The translations under genes were made by a program, and so were the position numbers. A DNA stretch of 64,000 nucleotides from Octopus sinensis (lineage: Eukaryota): positions 58,404,001-58,468,000 of the forward strand of contig NC_043005.1 in assembly GCF_006345805.1 (NCBI RefSeq), in the 5' to 3' direction. The stretch's first letter is position 1, and each line of letters opens with the position of its first letter. The notes under the pieces were generated by a model. The model did not search any database and was not told the origin of the DNA. It worked only from the letters and a program-made list of their open reading frames with translations. Positions 25,765 to 38,360 of the stretch are shown piece by piece.

Positions 25765-26160
25765 TTGTGCACGTGTGGCTGTGTGGTAAGAAACTTGCTT
25801 CTCAACCAGGTCCAGTCCTACTGCATGACACCCTGGAAAAGTGTCTTCTACTACAGCCTCAGGCCATCCTGAGCCTTGTGAATGAATTTGATAGATGGAA
25901 ACTGAAATATGCCCATCATAAATGTGTGTGTGTGGCTTTGCATCAGTGTTCATCTGCCATCATTACTTGACAACTGGTGTTGGTTTGTTTATGTCCCCAT
26001 AATGTAGTAGTTTTACAAAGTGACTGATAGAACAGGTACCCGGTTTAAGGAAAAAGAAATAAAATAAATACTGGAGGTTGATTCATTTGACTAAAAATTT
26101 TTCAAGGTTGTGCCCCAGCTTGGCCACAGTCTAATGACTGAAAGAAATGACAGATAAAAG
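25765..26160 (+). mobile_element. family A SINE, diverged
   Basis: Head, core and tail recognisable. Confidence 0.75.
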
Positions 26161-26229
26161 ATAATTCACTTATGCCTTTGAGATTTAAACTTGTTTCATT
26201 CATTTTTTTGTTTATCAAATTCACATTTT

Positions 26230-26690
26230 CGATGACTGGCATCCGTGCCACTGGAGCACTAAGAGCACCATCCGAGCATGATCACTGCCAGAGCAGCTGA
26301 AAGGTTTCTGTGCCGGTGGTATGTAAAAAGCACCATTCAAACATGGTTGTTACCAGCGTCGCCTTACTGGCACTTGTGCTGGCGGCATGTGAAAAACATT
26401 CAAGCGAGGTCATTGCCAGTGCCACTGGATTGGCTCCTGTGCAGGTGGCACGTAAAAAACACTACTTGAGCGTGGCCGTTGACAGTACCGCCTGACTGGC
26501 CCTCGTGCTGATGGCACGTAAAAGCACCCAATACGCTCTCGGAGTGGTTGGCGTTAGGAAGGGCATCAAGCTGTAGAAACTCTGCCAGATCAGATTGGAG
26601 CCTGGTGCAGCTGTCTGTTTCGCCAGTCCTCAGTCAAACCCATGCTAGCATGGAAAGCAGACATTAAATAATGATGATGATTTTTATGCT
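26230..26690 (+). mobile_element. retroposon 3' region with ~65-bp degenerate subrepeats and (ATG)n tail (family F)
   Basis: GGTGGCACGTAAAA(A)GCAC motif at 26315, 26381, 26444, 26510; tail CATGGAAAGCAGACATTAAAT(AAT)GATGATG; relatives at 9030-9250, 13745-13950, 35640-35990, 45660-45880, 46760-46980. Confidence 0.7.
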
Positions 26691-26747
26691 TGCATCTCTT
26701 TTACAAGAAATCATATATTCTGTTCTTTCTCTCTTTGTTCCTTACAG

Positions 26748-26862
26748 AGAAGTTCCAGTAGAAGTTAGATGGTCTGCTACTGAACCTTTTGAAGTACAAT
26801 GTTCTGAAGAAATATTGGCGCCTGAGCAGTCACATGAAGTCACTATCATATTTAAACCAAAG
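26748..26862 (+). CDS. CFAP65: CFAP65-like coding exon, phase 2 in / phase 0 out
   Basis: ttccttacag|A GAA...CCAAAG|gtaact; (G)EVPVEVRWSATEPFEVQCSEEILAPEQSHEVTIIFKPK aligns to recalled human DLPTFFTWEFSSPF...QIKVTFQPL; phases match both neighbours. Confidence 0.87.
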
Positions 26863-27029
26863 GTAACTAGCAATGAATTTTTATTTAATATGATATATTT
26901 AAAATAGTACTTTATGTTCAGTTTTTGGATTTGGTTTGCAAGATTCTTTAGTGAAGTTAACAACCTTTGTGTGTTTTTGAATGACTTAGGTGTGTCTTCT
27001 AGGCTGCAATCGTGATAATACTGCTGATT

Positions 27030-27363
27030 GTATTTCGTTTTTGGATTTGGTTTGCAAAATTCTTTATATGAATTTGTGTGTTGAAGCATACTCTGTTGTG
27101 TCTGGGGAGAGTCATTTTCTTTTTGTGCCTTATAATATAACACACTCACCAGTAAAATTTCCAGTTTTTTTTTATTGTCCTAAAATTTTCGTTGCATCTT
27201 GCAACCTTTTCAATAGTCTTGACTCAAAACTATTGAAAAGGTTGCAAGATGCAACAAAAATTTTAGGAAAATAAAAATAAGAGAAATAAGTGGAAATTTT
27301 ACCGGTGAGTGTGTTATATAATAAGGCACAAAAAGAAAATGACTCTCTCCAAACACTACAGAA
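27030..27363. mobile_element. foldback element, ~270-bp near-perfect palindrome
   Basis: Arms 27091-27222 and 27224-27363 are reverse complements, centre TTGACTCAA. Confidence 0.8.
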
Positions 27364-27452
27364 CTTTATGTTTAGTTTCTCCGCTTAGTACCTTGGGCAA
27401 ATGTGTTCTGCAGCTTTCACTTTTGCCAAACACTCTGACTTATGTGCCATAA

Positions 27453-27952
27453 AACTGTGTAACATGATTTTTGTCCTTGGGCAGGAACTGTTATTTCCCA
27501 TATGAATAATAGTTAATATTTCCTTTAAACTTTGCTTTTGTTACATTTATTCAAACTCCAGAGAATCCCTCTCAACACATGGCAATAACACTCCCCCACT
27601 ACTCCTGCTTATGATCAGAGATGCACACACTGTCAGACACTAAAGGACATGTTCAAGTGGTTACAGTCAAGCAACTGACAAGCAAATCTGTGGTATTGAG
27701 CAGAATATTTGCTATAACGATATTTCTGCTTCAGCAACTCAGCACTGAATCTGTCTGAAATGTAATGGAAAATAGGTCAGTTTGAAAACATTGATGTCTG
27801 GGTGATTAAACATTAGAACTTGGAAGTCCAGATCATAAAACAAAGTTTGAAGGGAATAGTAATCATATTTCTTGATTTCTAGATAGACGCAAAATAGGAA
27901 ATAACACTTAACTACTAAAGACAAAAAAAAAATCAGATTTTGTTACATAGTG
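27453..27952. mobile_element. Tc1/mariner-type MITE
   Basis: ACTGTGTAACATGATTT ... GATTTTGTTACATAGTG|TA inverted termini; homologous to 4079-4556. Confidence 0.65.
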
Positions 27953-28020
27953 TAATTAACGTGCAAAGTTCATTACGAGTCATGGTAGCATTATCTTCAT
28001 AGTTTTTCCTTCTATACTCT

Positions 28021-28490
28021 CTCTCTTACTCTCTTTTTTACTTGTTTCAGTCATTTGACTGTGGCCATGCTGGAGCACCACCTTTTTAGTCGAGCAAATT
28101 GACCCCAGGGCTTATTCTTTGTAAACCTAGTGCTTATTCTATTGGTCTCTTTTGCCGAACCATTAAGTTACAGGGACGTAAACACACCAGCATTGGTTGT
28201 CAAGCGATGTTGGGGGGATAAACACAGTCACACAAACATATATACACACACACATACACACACGTGCGCACACACACACACACACCACACACATATATAT
28301 TTATATACACACACACACACATATATACGACAGGCTTCTTTCAGTTTCCATCTACCAAATCCACTCACAAGGCTCTGGTCGGCCCGAGGCTATAGAAGAA
28401 GACACTTGACCAAGGTGCCTTGCAGTGGGACTGAACCCGGAACCATGTGGTTCATAAGCAATCTACTTACCACACAGCCACTCCTACACC
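28021..28490 (-). mobile_element. family A SINE
   Basis: Full-length reverse-complement copy. Confidence 0.85.
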
Positions 28491-28751
28491 TATGATTTCT
28501 TTAGAAGTTCATGCTTCATTCTCTCTTTTGTCACTTTCCCAAATGATGACTTGACTGTCTGTTAGATAATTCACAGTGTCACACAGAGTGCTCAATGACA
28601 ATCTGCATCCATATTCCTGCTATTTTGTCAGTAAGTTGGATAAGGACATGATAGAGTCACTTGATGGTCACATATTGCTTCCAGCTACCAATTGAGTTCT
28701 TTCAAATATTCAGACATGAAGTTGCATTTGGATTTATTGCTTACATTTCAG

Positions 28752-28836
28752 GCTGCAAGAAAATATGAAGGCGAACTTGTGTGCAGATATGGAACTGAAC
28801 TGAAGAAATGGAAGATTTTAAAAGCAGCTGCTCAAG
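28752..28836 (+). CDS. CFAP65: CFAP65-like coding exon, phase 0 in / phase 1 out
   Basis: tttcag|GCT...CAAG|gtaagt; AARKYEGELVCRYGTELKKWKILKAAAQ(G) aligns to recalled human TAVIYEVQATCWYG...IQLQAVA; 85 nt. Confidence 0.87.
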
Positions 28837-28898
28837 GTAAGTACATATGGTTGCTTGTTTTTCTTTATCTATCTATTTATCTATCTGGCTCTCTGTCT

Positions 28899-28996
28899 GT
28901 GTGGCACCTTGGGCAAGTGTCTTCTACTATAGCCTCGGGCCGACCAAAGCCTTGTGAGTGGATTTGGTAGACAGAAACTGAAAGAAGCCCGTCGTA

Positions 28997-29043
<47 letters not shown>

Positions 29044-29259
29044 TTGTGTCTGTGTTTGTCCCCCTAGCATTGCTTGACAACTGATGCTGGTGTGTTTATG
29101 TTCCCGTTACCTAGCGGTTCGGCAAAAGAGACCGATAGAATAAGTACTGGGCTTACAAAAAGAATAAGTCTCGGGGGTCAATTTGCTCGATTAAAAGGCG
29201 GTGCTCCAGCATGGCCGCGGTCAGATGATGATTGAAACAAGTAAAAGAGAGTAAAGAGT
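28899..29259 (+). mobile_element. family A SINE, 5'-truncated
   Basis: Core and tail of family A. Confidence 0.85.
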
Positions 29260-29804
29260 ATATACACATATATAATCATATGAATAATAACAGATGATGA
29301 ATAATTGTCAGCTTATTACAGCTGTTTTTGTTATGCATTTTTTAAAACAGAAGAATGAGAACGTTACTTCATTACAAAAAAAACAACAACATAATCACCA
29401 GAAGAAACGTAATTTTACAAGCAAAAAAATGATTACGGCTTTTTGTAATGAAGTAATGACCTCATTCTTCTATCAAAAATTCATAAGAACCAGCTGTAAT
29501 GAGCTGACAATTATACATCGTCTGTTATTTATCATTCATTTGATTATAATACACCAAGGGGATTTCCGTCTTGTTGGACATCCTAGACTATACAAACAAT
29601 GTACAATTCATTGTAAAGTGTGCCTTGGACCAACTCCTAGGTGCTAAATACTCATAGGGTTGGTTTTCTCTGAGTACACAAATGGAATATTCTATTTGAT
29701 ACTTACCAACTATAGGCCAGAACCACAGGTTTATCCCACCATGCCTGATACATGTCTTTTCAAAGTACCTGATTCTGTCTGGATCCATATTTTACTATAT
29801 ATAT

Positions 29805-30200
29805 AGTCTTTCACTCTTTTAATTGTTTCAGTCATTTGACTGTGGCCATGCTGGAGCACCGCCTCTAGTCAAGCAAATCGACCCCAAGACTTATTCTTTG
29901 TAAACCTAGTACTTATTCTATCGGTCTCTTTTGGCAAACTGCTAAGTTACGGGACGTAAACACACCAGCATCGGTTGTCAAGTGATGTTTGAGGGGACAA
30001 ACACAGACAAACACAGACAAATACACACACACATATATATATATATACATTTAATGACGGGCTTCTTTCAGTTTCCGTCTACCAAATCCACTCACAAGGC
30101 TTTGGTTGGTCCGAGGCTATAGTAGAAGACACTTGCCCAAGGTGCCATGCAGTGGGACTGAACCCAGAACTATGTGGTTCGTAAACAAGCTACATACCAC
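29805..30200 (-). mobile_element. family A SINE
   Basis: Reverse-complement copy. Confidence 0.85.
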
Positions 30201-30479
30201 ATAGTCTCTCTTACACCATAGATGACATCTGAAAATAATACACAAGGACGGGGCCTGGAATGCTTTGGCTTATATGTCTGTTCAGTCAGCATTGATCATG
30301 GAATTTAACAAGAAGCAAATGATTTTGAAAGTACCAATGGTTTATCCTTAATGCTGTTGCCTAGTCTGCTAGATATAGAAAACAAGCTACTTACCACACA
30401 GCCACTCCTGCGTCTATATGTTTACCGTTGGCGATTTTTTTCCTCCGTCTTCCCTTCTCTGAATCTTTCCTTTTCCTAT

Positions 30480-30514
30480 GTTTCTGACAAAGAGCTCCGC
30501 TTGAAATGTAAAAC
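30480..30514 (+). ncRNA. CpG-decayed minimal type I hammerhead
   Basis: GTTT-CTGACAA-A-GAGC tcc GCTT-GAAA-TG-TA-AAAC; three CpG-type reversions give CTGACGA, GCTC and GAAACGTA with stem I GTTT/AAAC. Confidence 0.45.
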
Positions 30515-32314
30515 CCTCCTTCTTCCCTTCCTTCCTGAGCGTCCAATAATACTATATTTGTTCCATGTGCACACGTTGTGTTTTCTCTTGGTGTTTTCAT
30601 GTTTGGATTAACTATATATACATATATATATCTACACACACACATAACATGCAGCAAGATATGTATATATCCATATACACACAGCATTTTATCCATCTTT
30701 ACATTCTGAGTTCAAATATCCACCAAGGTTGACTTTGCCTTTTGTCCTTTTGGGTCAATAAAATAAGTACCAGTTGGATACTAGGGTTGACGTATTCAAC
30801 TTACCCCTCCCCTGAAATTGCTGGCCTTGTGCCAAAATTCGAAGCCACTATTATCAAGTTGCCACTCAAGCAAGGAATAAAAGTACACATGCCTGTTTGA
30901 TATAAAAGTACCCAGTTTCCTTCATAAGTATGGATGATATGCAAGCATGCAGAAACATGTTCTACTGTTGGATGACATGCTTCAGCACCTGAGTTAAGGT
31001 GTTAAAAGAGCAAACAAACGTTGTCTTTAAAAGAAATATCTTCTCTGAAAACTTAGCCATTGCAAATGTCTTTCTGCATTTGAATGTGTACATACTGGCA
31101 CTCCATCCGATATGGGTTCCAGTTGATCTGATCAATGGAACAGCCTGCTTCTGAAATTAATGTGTAAGTGGCTAAGCACTCTACAGACATGCACACCCTT
31201 AGCCCTTTAGTGTTCAAACCGGCCAAATCCGGCCGTATCCGACCACTCTACGAAATCGCTAAAAAAATAAACAAATCACGTTATTAAATTCTCGTAGCTT
31301 TGAGATAATGTGAGATGAAGGCCTTTCCCGCCTTTATTCAAGTATAAATACTGTGAAATTGTTTAGACCACATGGTTATTTCCACATTTGAAGAGAAGTG
31401 TATACGTTTGTTGTGAAAGAAATGTAGTTCTCAGGGAAATTCAGTGTGACATGGAATGTGACAAGGCTGGTTCTTTGAATTACAGGTGCTACTCATTTTT
31501 GCCAGCTGAGTGGACTGGAGCAACATGAAATAAAGTATCATGTTCAAGTATACAGTGCAACACCGGGGATTGAACTCACAAACTTATGACCGTCAGCTGA
31601 ATACTATAACCACAAAGCCACATGCCTTCACATGCATGTTAAATATAAAAGTACACAGTTCCCTTCATAGATATAGATATACACACATACATGCACTGAC
31701 ATATATAATATATATGCATACATGTATTTCTGTAAGAGTGTGTGTATTCATATATATATATTTCTTTATTGCTCACAGGGGGCTAAACATTAGAGGGGAC
31801 AAACAAAGACAGATATTGACCCCAGTGCATTACTGGTTCTTATTTAATTGACCCTGAAAGGATGACAGGCAAAGTCGACCTCTGCAGAATTTGTTACTCA
31901 GAGTAGGCAGTTGGTGACCTTTACATAGCAAAACACACAAAAAAATATAAGCGAAATACAGACATGCAACTGAGTTGAAGGTAGATTTACTACTGCCTTT
32001 ATAGCACAAAGAAAACAGTGTTGTAGGAGTGTACACAGCTTGTGTACTACAGCATTACTATGTGTGGCTTAAATACTGAGATTGAAAGGCAGGGGCAAAT
32101 TATGTTTACCTAATCTACAGAAAAACAAAAAAAAAATGCATTTTATGCATAGTAATTAGAGTAACCTTCATAATTTTATTGAATTAGGTGTATATTTTGC
32201 CATGAAATGAAAATGTTGCTATCGATCTATTTTATTCAAGGTAGGCACTGCTTACCTTGCCTACCTAGGCAGCATGTCCCTGAAATGTATATATGTTTTC
32301 TTTCATTGTCAAAG

Positions 32315-32463
32315 GAAAATACCCTCACTTGAAGATATCTGCTGCTGGTTTGGGATTAGATTATGAAGAATCTCCAGAAGGAACACAGACAAACATTGAT
32401 TTTGGAGTCATTCCCATTGGACAAACAGTGAAGAAACATATCACAGTAGAAAATCTGTCACAT
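32315..32463 (+). CDS. CFAP65: CFAP65-like coding exon, phase 1 in / phase 0 out
   Basis: tgtcaaag|GA AAA TAC...TCACAT|gtaagt; (G)KYPHLKISAAGLGLDYEESPEGTQTNIDFGVIPIGQTVKKHITVENLSH aligns to recalled human KCAQLLVS...LYFGSVAVGCTSERQIRLHNPSA. Confidence 0.87.
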
Positions 32464-32594
32464 GTAAGTAAAGGCAACGAAATATTAAATGATAAACATC
32501 TAATTTCTGATTGACACATAGTTTTGTGTAAAGGTTTTCAGCTGATTGATTATATAAGAATCACCAGTTCATATCATGCCTATATTGTCTTCAG

Positions 32595-32981
32595 GAGGCG
32601 CAATGGCCCAGTGGTTAGGGCAGCGGACTCGCGGTCGTAGGATCGCGGTTTCGATTCCCAGACCGGGCGTTGTGAGTGTTTATTGAGCAAAAACACCTAA
32701 AAAGCTCCACGAGGCTCCGGCAGGGATGGTGGTGATCCCTGCTGTACTCTTTCACCACAACTTTCTCTCACTCTTACTTCCTGTTTCTGTTGTACCTGTA
32801 TTTCAAAGGGCCAGCCTTGTCACTCTCTGTGTCACGCTGAATATCCCCGAGAACTACGTTAAGGGTACATGTGTCTGTGGAGTGCTCAGCCACTTACATG
32901 TTAATTTTACGAGCAGGCTGTTCCATTGATCGGATCAACCGGAACCCTCGTCGTCGTAACCGACGGAGTGCTTCCATCCAA
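32595..32981 (+). mobile_element. young tRNA-derived SINE (family C)
   Basis: GGCCCAGTGGTTAGGGC A-box, GGTTTCGATTCC B-box; TSD ATTGTCTTCAG (32584-32594, 32982-32992). Confidence 0.9.
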
Positions 32982-33548
32982 ATTGTCTTCAGATTTTGGC
33001 ATAAGGTCAGCAATTTCAGGTGAAGGGATAAGTTGCTTAAGAGCTGAAAATTCCTGGCTCTAAGGGTATTGCAAAAGGCCTGGTTGGAGGCCCAACCTTC
33101 CAAGTTCTACAGGGAGCATGCCCTTGCTTATTCCCAACCTCAGTTTTTAGACATGAACGGTCCTGAGACCAAGGCCTCTACCACGATTTTTAAGAAATGT
33201 GGTGGTAAACTAGCTCAGGAAGGCAGAGACACTACTCCCTAAGACCCCTTTTGGAGTTCCTTACCTAATTTTATTTTGCCCCCCCCCCCCCGTATCTTAT
33301 TTTGCCCAAGGCAATAACATTAATATACATTTTTAACAAAGACATCTTTAAATGACGGTCTGACCGACCGTCTGCCAAGTAAATGGGAGGCAGTAATTGA
33401 AGTAGGTGGTGAATATGCTCCGGAATAATCATTTAAAGATGCTTTTGATACATTTTGTTATTGTTTTTGTTGAATAAAATTTGTTGAAAAAAAGCCGTAA
33501 TAATTATGCACCAACTCAACATATATATGTGTGCATGTTTGTGTACAT

Positions 33549-33615
<67 letters not shown>

Positions 33616-33865
33616 TATTAGAGACAAAACCACTATTTTGCAAAACAAACAAGGAAAGACTTAATCAATACATAAAATTTTAATAAATAGTCAAAAAAAT
33701 TGTTATCTGCATTTTCTCATCTGTAAAATTTTTAATCTTGTAATACTGACATACATATAGAATACTTTTGTTTCCTGTAATTTTTCTTTCATACACATTT
33801 TTCATGAAGTTGGACTCTTTTACAAAACATCACAAACATTTACACACACATACTCAAAAGTAAAA

Positions 33866-33909
<44 letters not shown>

Positions 33910-34624
33910 ATATATACACACACATACACAAATGCATACACACACATATATATACATACACATACATGCATACATACATATATACATTCATACATATACA
34001 CATACACGTACGCATGTACACATGCATAAAAACATATGTACAAACGTTTATGTTGAGAAGTCAATTTACAAGTAAAAACTAGGAAAAGCTCCACTGCATC
34101 AAGAAAAATTGGCAAGAAGTGTGGGAAGGAGGAGGAAAAAGAAACCCCTAAAATGGGCATACAAAGTCAAGGAGTGTAAGAGATCTTGGTGTTTTGGACA
34201 GGTGTCCTTTGTCAGTATAAATGGAAGAGAAGGGAAGAAAAAGTTATACTGAAAGAAAACACACTATAATTTCTTTAGGCCTAGAAACATAGATGTAACA
34301 TAAAAATAAGCCATTCTGAATTTGTGGGCTTAGAATTAAAAAAAAAAAAAGAAAAAGAAAAATTCTGCAGTTATTTATTGAAGAGCCAATTGATCAAAGT
34401 AGCAGAGTTACATTGATTTTTCTGTGACTTAATTAGTTTCAGAACCAGGGTTTTTGCATAGCCTGATATTGCTTGTTAAATAAAAAAAAAAAAAAAGAAT
34501 ATAATAAATTTATTTATTAAGGAGAAATTTCCTTGAAGGATTCGATAAATTTTGTTATTTTGAGGAAGTGAAAAATCTCAGTGATGATGTCTTGCACATT
34601 GATTTTTACTATGCTTCTGCAGAT

Positions 34625-36980
34625 TTGAAGTGTGGAGCTGGCAGAATCGTTAGTGCACTGGACAAAAATGCTTAGTGGCATTTCAGGAGTCTTTACATTC
34701 TGAGTCCAAATTCTACTGAGGTCAACTTTGCCTTTTATCCTTTTGTGGTCAATAAAATAAGTACCAGTTCAGTGCTGGGCTTGATGTAATGACTAACTCC
34801 TTCCCAAAGAAATTTCAGGCCTTGTGCCTATTGTAGAAAGTATTATTGAAGGCAGCAAGCTGGCAGAATCATTAACACACCAGGTAAAACACTTAGTGGC
34901 ATTTCACCTGTCTTTATGTTCTGAGTTCAAATTCGGTCAAACCTTTGCCTTTCCTCCTTTTGAAGTTGATACGATAAGTACCAGTTGAACACTAGGGTTG
35001 ATGTAATCGACTTGGCCTTTCCCCTACTGGCCTTGTGCCAAAATTTGAAACCAGTGGATTCAAATGTGAATACATTAATAACTGCCATGTTTTGTGTTTG
35101 GAGAAGAACCTCTTCTTTCAGACAGATATGTGTTCATTGGAGAAGTTGTTCTCTAATGACGAAATGCAATAATCATTAGCATACTCTTTTTTAACAATCT
35201 ATCAGATTGTATTAAGAATGAATATGTAAGTTATCATTTTGATTCTCATTGTTCACTGTACAACTGATGATTTGTCACTAGGTGGCAGATATCAGCATGC
35301 ATTAGAAAATAATTTGTTTGCCTAAGTTATAAACAAGAGTTAGAATTTCATGAATTAATTACATGGGTTTCATGAGATTAATGGGGTTCCTTTATAATTC
35401 TTTACTACCCACAAGGGGCTAAACACAGAGGAGACAAACAAGGCCAGAAAAATGGATCAAGTCGATTACATCGACCCCAGTGCATAACTGGTACTTAATT
35501 TTATCGACCCCGAAAGGATGAAAGCCAAAGTCAACCTCCGCAGAATTTGAACTCAGAATGAAATGACTAGAACAAATGCTACTTAGCATGTGCTAATAAT
35601 TCTATCAATTTGCTGCTTTGGGTGAGGTAATATTCATTATCATCCTCATCATCATCATTTAGCATCTGCTTTCCTTACTGGCATAAGTTGGACGGTTTGA
35701 CTGAAACTGGTAAGCTGGAGAATCTGTACCAGGTTCCAGTCTGATTTGGCATGGTTTCTACGGCTGGACGCCCTTCCTAATGCCAACCACTCCAAGAGTG
35801 TAGTGGGTGCTTTTTACATGCCACTGGCATGGGTGCTAGTTATGTGACACCAGCATCATCCACGACTATGATCTCATTTGTTTTGACAGGTCTTCTCAAG
35901 TGTGGCATTTGGCCAAAGGTCTTGGTCACTAGTCATTGATTCTGTGTGGCCCTGCATTTGAAGGGTGTTTTTTGCTTGCCATTTACACGACACTGGGATT
36001 GGTCATGACTATGATTTCACTCGGCTTCAAGCATGTTCTCCAGCACAGCATATTCATTTCTACTCTAGGCACAAGGCCTGAAATTTTTGGGGAGGGGGCC
36101 AGTTGATTAGATCAACCCCAGTATGCAACTGTTACTTAATTTATCAACCCCGAAAGGATGAAAGGCAAAGTTGACCTCAGTGGAATTTGAACTCAGAACA
36201 TAGCGACAGATGAAATACTGCTAAGCATTTCACCCAGCATGCTAACATTTCGTATTTCTTTACTGCCCACAAGGGGCTACACACAGAGATGACAAACAAG
36301 GACAGACAAATGGATTAAGTCGATTATATCGACCCCAGTGTGTAACTGGTACTTATTTAATCGACCCCAAAAGGATGAAAGGCAAAGTCGACCTCGGCGG
36401 GATTTGAACTCAGAACACAGCGGCAGACGAAATACCGCAAAGCATTTCACCTGGCGTGCTAACATTTCTGCCAGCTTGCCGCCTTTCAAGCACAGAATAT
36501 TGCTGAAGGTCTTGGTTACTTGGTTTCTAATTTTGGTGCAAGGCCAGCAATTTCAGAGGAGGGTGTAAGTTGATTACATGGCCCCCCCTCTCATTCCCAG
36601 TGTTCAATTGGTGCTTGTTTTCTCAACTCCATAAGGATGAAAGGCAAAGTTGACACCAGCAAGATTTGAACTCAGAACATAAAAACGGACAAAATGCCTG
36701 TATTTTGCCTGATGTGCTAATGATTCTGCCCGCTCACCACCTTGGGGCAAAGTATTATTGGTTTCAAATTTTGGCACAACGCCAGCAATTTCAGGGAAGG
36801 ACTAATTCGATTAGATTGACCCCATCCCCCAGCATTCAACTGGTACTTATTTCATCAACCCCCAAAAGAATGAAAGGCGAAGTCGACTGTGGCAACATTT
36901 GAATTCAGAACATAAAGTCAGAAGAAATGTTGCTAAGCATTTTTGCCTGGTGTGGTAATGATTCCGCCAGCTTACCATTT
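34625..36980. mobile_element. cluster of about seven family E SINE copies (two on +, then about five on -)
   Basis: Repeated GAGTTCAAATTC / CCTTTCATCCTTT..GGTCGATAAA..AAGTACCAG cores or their reverse complements. Confidence 0.75.
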
Positions 36981-38089
36981 TTGGGTAAAGTAATATTAAC
37001 TGCAACAACAACAACAACAACAACAAACCTTTCTACAGGACCATCGTCCATTGCTCCGTGATGAACTCAATTACAGAGGAGTCTATTAAAGGAACTTATA
37101 ATTGTTTATATAACATGATATATTTAAAAAAATAAAAATCAATGTCATTTCTTTTTTTCCCATGTTTTAATTGTATTAAAGTTATCAAATACATTTAAAA
37201 TAATAATAACAAGTATCATTAATGACAGATACTGTAAAACTTATTGTTCTTAAAAAAAAAACTTTAAAAAATACAAAACGAAAATGAAACAAAAATAAAT
37301 TTGTTAGTAGTTATATATGAACAGGAAAATGATTCAGTAAATTGAAAAAGAGTTGAACTTTCACCTTTTCATGACTTGTTATAATGTTTTTATTTGTGAG
37401 AACTGAAGTATTTTGAATTGGCAGGCATGATGGTAATACACAGCTACACAAATTAATTGGATGCAAAAACTGTTTGTAAAATAAATTATTTTACATCACA
37501 TGCAATCACAGTCATGTTATAAGCGCTTTTGAAAAAAAGGTTGATTTCCCAGTCAGTTTACACTTGCAAAGTGGTTTCAATGCCAGGCTGGAAACATTCT
37601 GGTTCGTTCATGTGGTTAAAATACTAAAATTTAGGGCCTAAAGAGATTAGTAAAAACAAACCCAGAAACAGCAAAACAATATCATGCGTAAATGAATGTA
37701 TTCGCCCTTTTCAAGCCTAGTCAGGCTCATGGGCCCAATTTCCTGGTTTCTATGGCATATGTGTTCTCCCCAGCTGGACGGGATGCCAGTCCATTGCAGC
37801 ATTACTCAAGAAACAGGAAGAAAGAGTGAGAGAAAGTTGGGGCAAAAGAGTACAACAGGGGTTGCCACCACCCCCTGCTGGAGCCTTGTGGATTTTTAGG
37901 TATTTTCACTCAATAGACACACACAATGCCCAGTCTTGGAATCGAAACCGTGATCCTCTGACCACGAGTCTGCTGCCCTAACCACTGGGCCATTGCGGCT
38001 CCATGTGTAAATGAATAGGGAAGATATTAAGTTCCCAGATTAGTTATATTTAATAAAAAAAATAACTTATTAACCTAAGTTTTAACATC

Positions 38090-38360
38090 ATCTCTTCCAA
38101 AAGAATCACCTTGTGCTGCAACATGCCACTAATTTATGCATTCCTGCCACTTTTGGAACTCAGCCTGGAAGTCATCTTGTGCAGCAATAAGTCACTAATT
38201 TATGCATTCCTGTCACTTTTGGAATCTGGCCTAGAAGTCATCTTCCACAAGCGAGTTGAGGACCTTCTGCAATTTGCTCTTGATCTTGACAACGGTGTTA
38301 AAACGGTAACCTTTGAGCTGCATTTTCGTCTTGGAGAAGAGATGGAAGGAGGGAATTGAC
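38090..38360 (-). mobile_element. mariner transposase C-terminal fragment with a ~68-bp tandem duplication
   Basis: Minus HLFSKTKMQLKGYRFNTVVKIKSKLQKVLNSLVEDDF*ARFQKWQEC ... VAAQGD. Confidence 0.65.

Noticed and set aside
26300-26530. CRISPR-like regularly spaced motif (63-66 bp period)
   Set aside because: The spacers are related to each other, the block recurs in a dispersed eukaryotic retroposon family, and there are no cas genes
32595-32670. tRNA gene (also the heads at 142, 1454, 3728, 16282)
   Set aside because: A/B boxes run into shared SINE bodies with TSDs; no complete cloverleaf acceptor stem
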